A stretch of 64,000 bases of DNA from the human T2T-CHM13v2.0 reference genome, Homo sapiens (GCF_009914755.1 NC_060932.1), one strand, 5' to 3'; positions 16,301 through 31,608 are shown, counted from the first letter of the stretch. A program made the numbers and translations. The notes: generated from the letters alone by a model not told the origin.

Positions 16301-18869
16301 GCAGTGACTTAGAATAAACTAACTCCCATTTCTGTTAGAATACTTATGTTCTCTCATGAATCTTTGGTAAAATGACCCAAAACTTCTGATTTCAGTAGAG
16401 GTAATGCTTGTATTTTTAAGGTTGGTGTATAATATTGCTGAAAATCCTATGATTATATTAAAAGTACATCTCCTTTAGAAATTATATCATATATTTTAAA
16501 ATATTTTAAGGCAGATAATATTTATTTTGCTATTCATTGAACCCATCCCATTCTATAGTATTTTCTGAAAACAAAACAACAGAAAAAAAGCCTTTCCCTT
16601 ACGTGTATATACAACGCAATCATTTTTGCCATTTGAAATATGTAGCTTTGGAGAAACCAAAAGTATATAGCTATAAATTGCGAACTTGCAGTGTAGCACT
16701 TTCCAGAGGCAGGGTGGAGAGTGAGCTACAGACTTTAGCTCCCCTTGTCTGAGTAAATTATGGCTCTGTTTGGGCGGCACTCCTTAGATTTCGACAAACG
16801 AGCACACAGTTGAGAGCTGTGAAATAGCTGAACTTTAGGCTGCCTTGCTCTTTCTCGGGGCACTTAGATTGGCAGCCTCCATATATGTAGATAAGGAAAA
16901 GGAAAATAGAATATGAGCAAGTTAGGTGCCACAAAAGATTGGGGGAAGAACCTTAATGAGGTCATCTTGGTTGGCATTTTAGTCAGAATAGGGAAGAAGT
17001 TAGAAGGATCCCCTGTCCATAAGGACTTGGGTGACTTTTTACCCAAGCCAAAACCAGTGAGTTGAACTCCTTCTAGTCAAAGGACTATGGTTTATGTAAC
17101 TTTCACTACCCCAGGCTCTGTCATCCAGATGTACTTATCTTTTTGAATAAACAAAAGTAGAGAGAGAAAGCATAACCACATTATTTTTCACATATACAAA
17201 ATGCCTTTTCTCATGTTCACTGAATTCAGGACCAATAAAATGTAAAGAACCTAAAGTTCCTTTTCATGTATTGAAAAGTGAAACCAGGTCATTAATTGAT
17301 AAAAAGTGGAGCTCCAACTTTTCATTCTATAGTTAACTGGGTCTCCCAGGGAAAATCTTATAAGGCATTGTCATAAGCTTTGGATGCTGCAGAGATGCGA
17401 GTTAGCCTAAGGGGAAATAAAATAGTAAATTAGATATGACTACCTAAAATAATATGTTGCAATAACCAGCCAATTACAGCACCCCAAAGACTTTTGTTAC
17501 TTTTAGCAAGAAATAGCATCTCTGTCTAATGCCTGAACAATAGGAAATGAGTTCTTTGACAGTTAAAGCCAGAGGACAAACTTAACTTTTAAGCAGCCAC
17601 TGAGGATTGAAGTGGAAGTACAGCTTGTAGACAGCTATACAAATCACTAACAAACCTTAATGAATATTGGGTGTGGGCATCAGGGTCCTGTCATTTTTGA
17701 CACTATGTCCCAAGTAGCTTAAACCCAACACTTAAGGAAAGGTGGAGACCTCATTGGGTCTGTAACATCTGGGTTTTTATTTGTCATTTTGGCATACCCC
17801 ACAAGCGCAAAAGAAAGAGTAAAAGGGGATTATCTTGACAATGAAATGAGTTACTGAATCTTGTGATAATGAAAAGCAGAAGAATTCTAATGCCTTTCTA
17901 TAGTCCCTGAGGTAGAGGTGCGTTTATGGTTTAGCAGAAGTAAAATGTAGAGGGGAAGAACAGATGGCCTACCGTCCGTGAAACATGACACCTCCCCTCC
18001 CAGGACTGAGTACCACTATTAATCCTGGTCAGATTCCCTCCTATTACTTTATAACAAGGTTCAAAGTTGCTACTGATAAACTGGCATGTACTTCTTTTTT
18101 CACCCTTAGATTACCTGTAGATTACTGATAATTTTTGACTATGATATATCTCTGTATATCCTGGTGAACCTTGAGGCATTCGACAAAAAGTAGAACAGGA
18201 ATTTCTAAAAATTGGCTGGGAAATAAGAAGAACAAGTAAAATTATCTTAACTTTTTTCAAAAAATGTCCCATATTATGTTTTCTAATATGACGAGAATAA
18301 AAACCATAAATGTATGAGATACTGTAATTCTCCTGTCCTCTTAGAAATTATATGAAATGGAGAAGACATCTCAACATACAAATTATATTCTCCTTGCTGT
18401 AACTGTTATATGATTAGATACACTAATCATTATTAATTACCACTACCTTAGAAAAGATTTTTTTGACACCCTCAAGAAAGGAGATTAAAAATTATGACTG
18501 TTTGACATTTAAAAAAAAGCACTAGGAGGTATGTGCTGCTCAGCCGTGTTTACATAGTCATGTATTGTTTTGTTTAACCAAATTATGTAAATACAGTATT
18601 CTACATCTTTTATTTTGAGGTATATATTCATTGTCCTGTGATAAAGAGCTTGTGCATTTTTAAAATGTTGTTTATGTACATTTTTGTTTTAGTGCTGTGT
18701 GGTTGCTATAGCTGTTTTGGATTCCAAAGGGAAGCCTTTAAAATACATAGGAGAATAACTTCAGAGATATGGAAGATATCCACTGGGTTGAGTTTCTGAT
18801 GTATGTATTTCAAAGCTGCATAAAAATAAAAATTATCTAATAAGCAACAAACTTAGGATATCAGAGCGA

Positions 18870-19007
18870 TCTCATGTGCTGTGGTGTAGTGAACATGATG
18901 TACCTGCCCAGCCTTTCGTAGAGGGAGATGAGCTCATTTCAGAGAGATAACCATCTCTGACTTTTTCTTCTGATTCATCACTGACCTGAACTCGATTTGA
19001 ACCTTGT
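18870..19007 (-). mobile_element. Possible LF-SINE-like ancient SINE fragment
   Basis: Minus strand reads ggttcaaatcgagttcaggtcagtgatgaatcagaag...gatggttatc...tgaaatgagct...gggcaggt, resembling the recalled LF-SINE B-box and downstream body. Confidence 0.35.
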
Positions 19008-20154
19008 TAGACAAAAAACAAGCAGAATTCCTGGCCTAAACTATAAAATATAATTAAGCCCTTTTGAAATGATGTGTAAAAGAACATTGCTGTACCCCCA
19101 CTTATAACCACCACCACCACCACCGCAACCAATAAAGTTAAATCAAGCACTGCCTGTAATGGATTAAAATAATAAATGTTCCTGGATTTCAGTGTTTGAA
19201 GTACTTGAAGAAAACAGGCTCCCAGCAGCCGGGGTAGCTGAATGCAAGAGAGACATTTATTAATGACGAGTTCAAGGATTTGGCCTGTTTAAGATCATTA
19301 CTTTCTGTTTACCGTGTGTTACACATCCCTTGTATTTTTACACAGCCCACATGTGTCCACATGCAATAATGAGAAGCTTTTTTCCCAACAAAGGAATTAA
19401 TTGTGTAAATATGGTTCTCTTGGGGAATATGAAGTCTTCATAAGACTCTGAGCCCTTCTAATGAGAAATCCAGTGTAGTCATTATAGTCTTCCATGTAAA
19501 TCCACCTTCAGATCTTATCTTTAACCAAATTAGTCATTTCTGGTTATTGGTTTTAGTTACCAAATTCCAAATTTAATCTAGACTGTTTGCTAGAAAACTG
19601 CTGGCCTCAGGGTATTTGTTTTAGAATTGTGTGCCATTACATTGGACACATAATTCCAGCCCTAATAATTAAGTACTAGAGACTTTTTTCTTAATAGCAT
19701 CTCCTTAGCATTCTAATGATAGCCCCTATTAGGTTAGTATTAAGTAAAATGGACAAGCACTGTAGCCCCAACCCAAGGACTGTGGAAAAATAAAAGATTA
19801 GAAGTAAATCTCTATCCCCCACTCTACTGAATTTGTGACAGCATTTAGTGTTGCCTGTGGTCACAGGAAATTGCCCGCTTGTCCATATAAGCCAGTAGGC
19901 TGTTTGCTAGGAAAGCTTCTAGCAAAGCAACCCTGAGTGATGAGTAACTGACAACATCTTAGATGTTCTTTTACTCCCTGGTTGGTCCCCTGGACTTGTT
20001 GGCTATGTTGGCATAACATACTGGGGCTGAGCAAGGGAACTGAGGACAGGAAAAAGCATGTATTTACAACCCAGTTACCAATTAGAAAAATGAAATTACT
20101 AAGAACTAATAGCAGTAGTTTGTATAAAGCAACATGGTGCTGTAAAGAGGCAGA

Positions 20155-20342
20155 CAGAATCTGCACCCCAGCCCTGCTACTTACTGACCAGCTGGTTGTG
20201 TCAAAAGTTACTCTGTAGTGCATTTCCCAAATGAAGGCAAAAATATTTAATTTATAGGACTTTGAGAGGATTAGGTGACATAATGTATGCAGAATACCCG
20301 ACACATTGCTTGGTACAAATTAAGTGCTCAGTAAATATTGGT
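20155..20342 (+). mobile_element. MIR SINE
   Basis: Degenerate MIR core and tail (ttgagaggattaggtgacataatgtatg...aagtgctcagtaaatattgg). Confidence 0.6.
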
Positions 20343-21762
20343 CTTTGTATATATTCCTTTCCCCAAAATCACACCACATGAATATGGAGGTCATAGATTA
20401 CTAAATGTCAGAGCTGAAAAATACCTTAAAGGTCATCCTTTTTTATCAATAACCTTTATTATCCTTTTCTCCCATTGACCTCATGGTCTAGGCACACTGC
20501 ATTTAGTATTAGATAACTAACTATACCAACTTGATACAATTTTAACCAAAACAAACAAAAACTTTAGAACACCTCCACAACTTAGTCTCAGACAAATTCA
20601 TGATTTCTTTTAGGTTCTTAGGAATACTAAAAATACCTCATGGACCACCATTACTATGTGGGACCCACTAAGTGTCAAGGAACCTTGGGTTGAAGCCCAT
20701 GGAGCTAGTCTTAACTCCCTCATTGAGTACAGAGTGAAGAGGTTAAGCGGTTTGCCCAGGGATACTGTATGGTGGAGTTGAGACTAGAACACACATCTCC
20801 TGGCTGCTGGCCTTTCTGTTATACCAGTCTTTCAAAACCTGGATTATGTAGATCAAGACCATTTTCTAAGGCACTGCAGTAAATTACTTAGCAAGTCATG
20901 TTGTTTTCAACATTATTTGAGTAAGTTTATATCAATTTTTCCATCCATGTAACTTAACTTTTTTAAAAAAATTGATTCTTCAGCAGTTTCCTCGCATAAT
21001 TCAATTAACCAGCTACTGAATTCATCCCAGAAACTTTTCAAGTATGTATTTGCTATTATTCTTTCCTATGTAAGAAGGTTGTCTTACACTTTCCAGTATG
21101 CACAGTCAGATCTGCCAGTCTGCTTTTTTTTTTAAACATAGCCACATGATCCAATCAAGTTATATTTTTCTAATAAACTAACACAACTGTAAAAACCGTG
21201 AGCATGGTGGCAGATTGGAGGGGAAGAAAGAGGCAAAGCATATCCTCCATCACCCTTTGGTATTTTTAGTTTTCATTTTTCCAGGATCCTAGAGTTCTAA
21301 AGCATTTCATAAAAAATACCTTTCCCAGACAATGGCCATGTGTGAGTAGCCAGCTCAGTAGGCATTTCTTCTTTCATGACAAATTCTTCCTTTTTTTTAT
21401 GGGAAAGAAACACTCCTCTTCCAGTTACTTGTTTTTCCATTTTCTTATGTCCAAACAAAGAGGTTTGAATTAAACTAGGAGGTCCCAGCTTTTACTTACC
21501 AGTAAGGACTAAGTCACAGTCCCTGGGGAATAGAAATCTCACCTATGAGAAGTCATCAGGTGCTTTGGGAAGGGAAACATGTTAGTAGCCTGGCCACCCA
21601 TTTGGTCTATTATTTTGATGACTAGACTTTTAAGTTCATTTGTTGGGGAATACTGGCATCTTTTACAGCTTAAATGTCAGTGTCCATGTAGTTCTCTGGT
21701 TTTGTTATGTTTTGTCCCACATATCATTTCTTCCTGTATTTTAGTTTACCATATTAATAGGT

Positions 21763-21778
21763 TCTCTCTCTCTCTCTG

Positions 21779-21814
<36 letters not shown>
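21763..21814. repeat. Compound (CT)n(AT)n microsatellite
   Basis: Read directly. Confidence 0.95.
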
Positions 21815-23671
21815 GGCTCTCTCTTTTGCGCTCTCTATATATGGGCTTATTACAGAATTAAATATAATTAAATAGGATCTGATCAACTTACATATTCTGA
21901 TCAAGGGCGGGGACGAACATGTTTTTTTCATGGCTAGAGCACCCAAATGCCATTTTTATCTGCTTCAACATAATTGGTTGAAGGAATGGAAGACTTTATT
22001 TTTGAGGGATTTGTTATGTCTTTACAGACAATACTTACAAAATTTTGTCGTTTTCACATTTTAAGGTTTTCTGATGCTTCACTGTTATGCAAATCAGCTT
22101 CCGGATGTATCTAACACATGCTTGCTGATTTTCTAGTAGCCTTAGATTACTTACAGCTGGATAAAATAATTACCTGGATATGCTTTGCTAGCAATGTCAT
22201 CATTGACTACTCTTTCTAATGATGCATAGAAGCTTGATTTAGATTGCATTTTGCTTAGTCAGCATGTAGACACTAGGAGCCTTACTAAGGGTCTAGTAGA
22301 CACTGACAACATAGGGCTGGCAGCACTTTGTAAACATTTTCCAAAACAAGTGGTTTGCATTTATTAGTCTTCTGAAGGAGTATTTTAGAAGTCATGAAAC
22401 TATTTGTTCCTTGAAGTAAATTTTTATACTCAATGAAAAGTATGTCAGTATTCAAACAAAGCATGATTGGTTCTGTTTATCGTACCAGTTGTTTCTGAAA
22501 TTATTTCTCAATGTTGCTACACCTCGTTTAGTTTAATTAAATATCTGCCATTAGTTTGCTAAAACTTAAATTTAAAAGATAAACAGATTTTTGAGAAAAG
22601 TCAACAGAAAAAATCAGCAGGAAAGCATTCTGTTGAAGGAAATGTAGAAAGAAGAAGTCATACCGTACGATTGGTCAAAGTGACCTGATCACATAATCAC
22701 TAAATGCAACATGGGATCCTGAGTGGGATCCTGAAACAGAAAAAGGACATTGGAGGAGAAGCTGGTGAGATTGAAAGGTCTTTAAATTGGTAGTATTGTA
22801 TCACTGCAAATTTAATGGTTTTTGAGAATCATAATCTGATTTTATGTAAGTTATTAACATTGACAAGCTGGATGAAGGATATCAACTTTTCTGAAAGCCT
22901 AAAATTGTTTCAGAATTTAAAGTTTTTAAAAAATGACCTGATCAGCAATTGGGTAAGTAACTTTAATAATATTCATGCTTTTAAACATCTAAGTGATGAT
23001 TTTATATCGTAAACTTTTGAAGCATATTTTTAAAAATTTTGTCTTTACTGTTTTTGGAAATTTAGGGAAAAAACTACAAGTACAGAAAATGTACAGGGTA
23101 ATTCATCAAATGCCTGTGTACTCATGAGCTAGAACAAATATAAACATTTGTCTTATTTGTTATAAACACACACACACACAGAACTTTACAAAATTATTCA
23201 GGCCTTTTCCAATGTTCCATTGTTAAGAAGGTAGCTCTTTATAATTTTTACTTGTAGGCATTTTGTCCAATGGTGCATTTGTCCCCCTAGGAAGAAGAAC
23301 ACATGTCTTAACTCACTTTCTGTTGCCATTTATACCAGGTTGTTGGATGTGTAAATATCTAGTTTACATGAACTCTGAGTATTCTCTGTGGCCCTAGGTT
23401 TATATGTGTGGTAATATATAAGATTCAAAATAAGGAAGATATTTAGTATGTTTCCTGGGAAAAAAAGAAAGGCCTGATGTCCCATGGGCTGGCTTCTCAG
23501 AGTGAAATAAAGGGGAAAGGAAAATTAATAACCCTGTCATGAGTCCCAGGGATTACTTTCGTATTTTGTGGTAAAAGTGTATAATTTGGTTTACTATCTG
23601 TAAGTGACCCTTTGTGAAATTCATCACCACCCTTTATTGCTATTAAGTTATCACAAGCTCTTAATAAATAC

Positions 23672-23994
<323 letters not shown>

Positions 23995-26419
23995 CTAATG
24001 TGTTTATTATTATGTTGTAGCTTTTTTTAATGTAGGAGTAAATGTTCAAAGGAAATATCTATTTTAAACTTAAAAGCTGATATTTGTGGGTTAACCTTTC
24101 TGTGGTACTACAGATAACTGTGTTCCCTCATTGAGGAATGGAGTCACAACAGGTTGGTGTGTGCAGTATGTGTAGCAGACAAGGAAGGCACATGGGGAGG
24201 AGTTGAATCAGTTGTGTAAGTTTCAAAATTGAACCACACTGAATTTCCTTGTAGGTATATGGCAAGAAAGAAAAGGGACAAAAAGGACCAGGCAGGATAT
24301 ATTTATATCTGTAGATTTTGTATTTTCTTAGTACTTTCTGGCAATGGCTGTTCCTGTGTCCTCACTGCAAACATTAGCATCTTATTAAATTCTCAGTGTC
24401 ATTTGTGTATTTAAACAAGCTCATGATCAGTGCTGGTAGGCCTGAGTTACGGGCAAATAAAAACTGTAGAATGACTGTAAAAACTAAGACTAAAGCAAGG
24501 GGTAGGCTTGAGCAAAAGAATAAAAGAGACTGAAAAAAAAGTGAACAGCACATAAAGTGAATAAAAAGAAAGCAAAAAATATTAGGGTTTGTATGATAGC
24601 AGGGAAGTATTCCTGTTCAACAGTTCATGTGCTTAACAGAGTCAATATTAGAAATGTTCTGGGATGTCTCTTCCCCACTCAGTACTTACTGAGATTGCAG
24701 ACCTTGAAGCTAATACATTGCCAAGAGAAAATCTGATATGAAAGAAAATTGCTAATTATTTACTTTATCTTCATATACCCAATATATGGTAGATAACCAC
24801 TAACTTTTGGTTGAATAATGGATACATGCCTACATAAATATCAAATTGAAGGTGACCCAGGATATGTAAATTCCTTAGAAACAATCAGAAGCATGGTAAT
24901 AGCACTTGTTTAAGAAATTAGGCCTGGTTTTAGATACTGTCTCATAAGGACAGAAATTATGGTTTAAGCCATGAGAGTAGAGAAGTTTGCTGAAATATTA
25001 GTTCAAGGGGAGAATAGAAAACTGAAGATTACTTATTAAAATCCCATTGGTTAAAGATATTATTTGTGACACTTTGGATTGCACATGACAGAAAATCCAA
25101 CCTAAACTGGTTTAAGCAGTTTTTACGTATGTGAAAAGCTCCAAACCAGTGTTGTCCTGAGGCATGGAAGAGTCTGTCAGATTTCTTCCCTCTGCGTTAC
25201 GCAGCTTCAGCCCTTAGGCTCCACATGCTGACTGCCAGCAGTTCCAAGGCCTTCATTTTCTTAACCTCAAGACCAGGGAGCAAGAGGAAGGGTCATGTTC
25301 CCAAAAGTATTATTATACCTTAGTGGTTTTCATTGAATATTATGCTCATTCCTGGACCAAATCAATCTCCAGAGAATATCAAACATAAAGTCCCATAAAG
25401 TTCCCCATCCTGCTAGACTATTTCCCGGCAAACCAGTCATTGGATTCCGTTGTCACCAGAACATAGCTATAGCTAGCTCAGTGCCTGCCTTCATTTCAGG
25501 GCCTCTGTTTCTGAAGCACATTGTGTGTCCTCTGGTCCTCTTTAGTGCTCACCTAAGTCTGGCCGACTTTCTCTCTTCTTGTTCCAGCCTCCCAAATGTT
25601 TGTGTGATCATTGGCTTCCTAATTCTGTGCAATTTTACTGATATTTCTGTCCCCACCTTTATCTTTATTCTCTTGAGAATTCTAGCTATCCCATTCTGTG
25701 TCCCCAAGCCAAAAAAAAAAAAAAAAAAATAGGATTTGTGTAATAGTAGGAAAGTGTTTTTCTATATTTGTTTTCTAATAATTCAAGTCTGGAATTTTTT
25801 TTTCATTCTCTCCTTGCCCTAGTCAATAAAGTCAATAAGAACTTGTAATTGTATAACGTTGGGGGGGTTAAGAAGAGCCTTCCATCAACTCTACTTAAGT
25901 TCTCTAAGAGGTAGGCACTTTGCAAGTGATATGCATCATATAGAATGATATGAATTTTGACATTTCAGTACTAGTTCTTTTAAGACAAAGCCTCATAATT
26001 TTAGTACAATATCAGTATTTAGCACAATATCAGTATTTTAAAGTGGTTCCTGCATAATAGAGATACCTAACATGATCCAAATTCTATATGTATTATGTTA
26101 TTTCTACAAATATAAGATTTTGTCATGCTTACAAATACTCTTTTTTAAATGAAAGCCACTATAGCGTGAGAAAGGAATCTCATTCCTCTGTATGCTTTGT
26201 AGACAAAATGTTGTCAAGCCCATTCCTAAAGAGACTTCCAGAAATAAATATCAACCTTTTATGGCTTTTTTTTAGTAGATAATTACCTTTGCTTCCATAA
26301 ACTTGTTCTTTATGGCTTTCTTAGTTCTTTTGCTTTAATTTTGACCACTCCAAGTGATGTTTTAAGGTGGATTAGAAACAGACACACCTGAAGAGGTGCT
26401 TAGCAAGTTTCTGATGGTC

Positions 26420-28045
26420 ATAGAAAGAGGTTACAAATAAGGAAGGCGAGAAGACTAGAAACCACCCTGTGATGTTGGATTTGAACCTGAGGTATCAGTA
26501 TGCATTCATGGTTTTTAATGTATTTACCAGTGGATAGAGAGAGAGACAAAGATATGTAGGTATACAGGGGTTGCTATACATACATATACTTCTTATCTCT
26601 GCTGAAGGGGCCTAGCAACAGTGACACCCCAGTAGCAATGAGCATACCTACCACCCAGATTTTGGTTTCTAGATACCATTCTTCAACAAAAGAAACCAGA
26701 GCTCCTTGGAGAAATGGCTGGTGCTAGAGATGGGGTGGTAAAAATACAAGATGAGCCTGAAATATTTTGTGGCCTGAAAGTAAAGAAGTTCTCAAAAAAT
26801 GATTGGCATAGGCCAGGTGCAGTGGCTCACGCCTGTAATCCCAGCACTTTGAGAGGCCAAGATGTGCAGATCAACCAAAGTCAGGAATTTGAGACCAGCC
26901 TGGCCAACATGGTGAAACCCCATCTCTACTAAAAAGACAAAAATTATCCGGGCATGTTGGTGGGTGCCTGTAATCCAAGCTGTTCGGGAGGCTGAGGCAG
27001 GGAATCGCTGGAACCCAGGAGGCAGAGGTTGCAGTGAGCCGAGATCATGCCACTGCACTCCAGCCTGTGTGACAGAGTGAGACTCTGTCTCAAAAAAAAA
27101 AAAAAAAAAAGACAGGCATATACTAAAAGGACACAGGGACCATCTTAAAGGGCTCCCAATGGCCAAAGCTGGTTCAGAGTAAGCAACAATGTAAATAATG
27201 ATAGTATTGGATTATAACCCATAAAAATGAATATTCATGAGTCCATACTGATATAAATAAATAATTGAATTATTATATGGGGTAGAAGGGACAGCTGTAG
27301 TATATGTGCTACCAAAGTGGGCGCTAGAAGGGACAGCTCTAAATAAGGGAAATAGGAAACCACCATTATCACACACCACAATAAATCATTGCAGGTGAGA
27401 CCACTGGTGGATGCTAACATTAGTGGGTGAAAATTTGAAGAAAAAGAGCATATCTGCATAATCTCCAAGTGTCTCCCCACAAAAATACTTATTTACAAGG
27501 GGAAAGTGTTAACTTTACAATGGCAAAATCTGACAGACACCACTTTAGCCATATGATCAGAGTTAATATTGTAAATAATAAAATATTGGTATCACATACA
27601 CCAATATGACGCACTAAGGGGGTCACTTTGGTGGTATTGTCAAAAATGCATAACCTCTTTCTGATCACAAGAAAACATCAGATAAACCCCAACAGACAGA
27701 CACGTTGCAGAATGATTGTCCTGGGTTATTCCACAGTATCAAGGTCATGAAAGACAAAGAAAGCTGGGGGATGTGTCACATATTAAAGAATATTAAGAAG
27801 CTTTGATGATTAAATTCAGTATGGATCCTAGGTTGAATCCTGGACCAGAAAGAGGAAATTAGTGGGAAAAATGGCAAAAATTTAAAAAGATGTGTAGATT
27901 ATTTAAAAGTATTATATCAATGTGGATTTCCTGATTTCAGTATTTGTACTAAAGGTACATAGCTAGGTGAAGGGTGTACAGGAACATTATACAGTATGTT
28001 TTTTCAACTTTTATGTAGGCCCAAAGTTATTTCAAAATAGAAAGC
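26420..28045 (+). mobile_element. Old L1MC-like 3' region, interrupted by an Alu
   Basis: gacaccccagtagcaatgagc, gagctccttggagaaatggctg, gaatcctggaccagaaagaggaaattagtggg match recalled L1MC 3'UTR motifs. Confidence 0.6.
26811..27110 (+). mobile_element. Full-length AluS (Sx/Sz-like)
   Basis: ggccaggtgcagtggctcacgcc...gagactctgtctc + A19; degenerate TSD ending ggcata. Confidence 0.95.
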
Positions 28046-30123
28046 TTTTTTTTTTTTTAAAGTGAGGGGACTTGGAATAGATGATTTCTAGATCTCTTCC
28101 ATCCAGCCTTTTTATGTTACAGTGGTAAAAAACGAAACCAAAGATGTAAGCAGTTTTATTTCCTGTCTACCAATTAAGAAACATGTTGAGGCAGCTGAAA
28201 AATAGGATCAGATTCTAAACTGTCGATTCAGTTCAATGGAACATGTCCTGAATAGCTACTGTTGTGCCCAGGACTACACTGAATAAGCTGGTCCTTGCCT
28301 CCAGCATGGTCAGTACTAGAGGTTGAAAATTGTGTGATCTTCTCTTTCACTCACTCATATTATTCAGGTATCTCTTCTTTGATGTTTTAAAATAATGGAA
28401 TTGGAGAGAATGAAATAGAAATTGATAAGTTTTAGAAATTTGTCAAAGGAAATAAGAGCCTTCAAAGAGGGCCTGAGGTTTTTCAATCTGGGTGCCTAAA
28501 GAGATAATAATAACCATTAAATAAGATAAGCAACCTAGGTGGCCTTTGGCATTAAACACTGTGTACAAGGATTCAATATGACTATCACACTAAGATCACA
28601 AACAGATAATTAGATATGTCACTGTGGGGTTGTACAAAGATATGTGTATTTGAAAATAAAGGATGATGCAATCCTGACATTCTGTTAATGCTCATTTACT
28701 AAATAATTGTACTGAATTAAGGCTATACTTTTATGCCTTTATGGCAAATTTCTGGATGATGAATAGATATATTTCATTTAGCAAATATTTACTTTTAGAA
28801 GTTTTAGATATTTTAGAAATGTAATGCTGTTAAGTCAGAAAATTATGGCTTCAGTTATGGACTGAAGTTAATAAAGATGGTTTTTTATTTGGGGGTATTT
28901 TGGGGCCTGTTTCTATTTCTTTTATTTTCTGGAGTGCTTTTTTTGCTTGTTTATTTGTTTGTTTAGACTAAGTGGAAGCTTTGAATCAGGATAATTGTAA
29001 ATGAAATGGTAGTTTCAGTTTCACAATTTGATGAAACATTTTAAGAAATTGATTTCCACCATGATTATTTTTAAACCAAAGTCTTATCTCTAACACTTTT
29101 GTGGGTGTGATGCCTTCTGTGGAGGATTAGAGGTTGAATATCTTATTTCTGCAGTAGGAATATACAACATATATGAAATTTTCAAGTCTCTACAGAATTG
29201 AAAAGTCAATGTGGTTACTGTACTTTAAAACATGTGTATACTGTGGGCCTAAGGTGTTTTTTAATCTTTCATCTTTTTTAGGGATCAAATATCATTAGAA
29301 AAATAAGCCATGGGCATTACAAACGTGGTCTGGTGAAATTCAATATTCACTATGACAATTTAGAATATGAGCTCCTTGGGAGGAAAGTTAACTCACCACT
29401 CTTAACTTTGCATCTAAATATCCTAAAATGTGCCATTGGTTTTATGAAAAGGTTTTGATCTACACTCCTATTTTAAGTTCAAAAGAAAGCCTACATTTTA
29501 AAGTGTATTCCTTTTCTGGGTATATTTACTTTGAACTATAGCATATAGTTTTTCTCATAAATCTAACCTGCCACTATCTGTTTTTAAGACTTTGTAAACT
29601 TCAAGTGGTTATGATGTGTGAAGTTTGGATTAAACTAAAATTTTTAGAAAACACACGTTATATATTTTGATTGTTTTGAATTTTAACATGGGCCAGTAAA
29701 AAACTTGAGTGTCTAGCAGAGTAACATACTGCACTCTGTTACTGTAGGAAATCACAGAAAATTACCCTTTCCCATCATGTTAACAATAGACAAATGAAGC
29801 AGCTGTTCTTATTCTTAATGTAGTTGCTTGAAAAACTTGCACAATTTAATGAAAATGTCTCTACTCATAAAACTTAAAATGCTCACACATGGAAAAAGTC
29901 ATAATGTTTTGGCAAATATTACTTTGTTAGGAATGTGAATGAGGTATACCTGCTTCATAACTAGAACTCTGTATAAACGGCATGAAACGGTGGTGGACTG
30001 CCAACCAAGCAAGACGACTCTGACAAAGGATGAATTAATACTCTTCAAAAATATAGATAGTTCTTTCCCAAACATTTTTTTTGATAAGGATGAATTATAT
30101 ACTCTTCTGTATTTTTTTTTCAG

Positions 30124-30326
30124 GCATAATTCTTGGGTCATCATTTCTACTCAGTATAAACGATTTTCTCCTTAAAACAAGTCTCAAAGAAAGAAGCCGC
30201 ATTCTGATAGGACCATGTTGTGCTACTGCCAATCTGGAAGCTAAGTGGTGTAAACACAGCGGGAATCCAGGCCCAGAACAATCCATACCAAAAATATCCA
30301 TTGACTTAAGAGGAGGTCTACTACAG
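30124..30326 (+). CDS. VPS13B: VPS13B internal coding exon (203 nt, phase 1-0; likely exon 37)
   Basis: T-tract + CAG acceptor, donor CAG|GTCTGT; GIILGSSFLLSINDFLLK...DLRGGLLQ in frame with the previous exon. Confidence 0.95.
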
Positions 30327-30459
30327 GTCTGTGGGTATTGGCCATATTTTTTTCATAGGTTATTAACTAGCCTCTGTTCATTTTTTGAACTGTTTCACTA
30401 AATTTTAAATCTTTGTGTGGTAAGAAAGGGTATTTGTCAGATTGCTACTTGTTAAATTT

Positions 30460-31013
30460 TCAACAACTTTATTGAGATATAAGTCATATACCAGCAATCT
30501 ACCTATTTCAAGTATACAATTCAGTGGTTTTTTAGCATATTCAGAGTTGCACAATCATTACCACAGTCAATTTCAGAACATTTTCATTACCACCAACAAA
30601 AAAACCCATATCCATTAGCAGCCACTCACATTACCCTCTAACCCCCTTATCAGGCCTAGGAAACCACTAATCTACTTTCTGTCTCCATAGATTTACCTAT
30701 TCTTAACATTTCGTATAAATAGAATCATGTAACCTGTGGTCTTCTGTGACCGACTTCTTTCACTCAGCATGTTTTCAAGGTTCATCCATGTTTACCAAGT
30801 GTCAATATTTTATTCCTTTTTATGGCCAAATGACATTCCATCATATGGATATACCACATTTTATGTATTCATTCATCAGTTGATAGACATTTGGGTTCTT
30901 TCCACTTTTGGCTGCTATGAATAATGCTGCCATGACCATTTGTGTACGACTTTTTGTGTGGATATATGTTTTGATTTCTCTTAGATATATAACTAGGAGT
31001 GGAATTGCCGGGT
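30460..31013 (-). mobile_element. L1MB-like 3' end fragment
   Basis: caactttattgagatataa...ctactttctgtctccatagattt...tatgaataatgctgc, standard antisense L1M 3'UTR. Confidence 0.75.
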
Positions 31014-31040
31014 TGAATTTTTTTTTTTTTATGGGTAGAC

Positions 31041-31247
31041 TTTTCTTTTTGAGACAGGGTCTTCCTCTGTCACCCAGGCTGGAGTACAGGGGTACAATAA
31101 TAGCTCACTGTAGCCTCAGTCGCCTGGGCTCAAGTGATCCTCTTGCATCAACCTCCTGAGTGGGTAGAACTATGTGCCACCACACCCAGCTAATGTTTTT
31201 TATTTTTTTTTTCAGTAGAGATGAGGTCTCACTATGTTGTTGAGGCT
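31041..31247 (-). mobile_element. Partial AluJ
   Basis: T-tract, gagacagggtctt..., atagctcactgtagcctc, gggctcaagtgatcctc. Confidence 0.85.
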
Positions 31248-31608
31248 ATAGATTTTTTTAATTATTAATACAAAGTAGTCAACCTGTTGCAAGCACAGTG
31301 TCACTAGCAATATATAAGAACAATTTCCTAATATTAAATATTTTACATGTGATGATATCTGATTACAACACTTGATAAATTAGTCACACTGCAAGCTCTT
31401 AATGCATTTGTCTTAACAGCCAAATATAGAATGTGTGAAGGCATCCAACTTATTTCTTGATTATTTTGTATTTGGATAGATTTTAATTTAATCTTCATGT
31501 AACTTGATGCCACTCTAAACTTGACATGAATCCAAAAAGCTTGAAAGATTCACAATGATAGAAAATTAAAACAACTAATTGGTCAATAATGGAGACATTA
31601 AATGTGAA

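Noticed and set aside
26000-26039. 18-bp tandem duplication tttagYacaatatcagta
   Set aside because: Ordinary two-copy slippage with no further structure.
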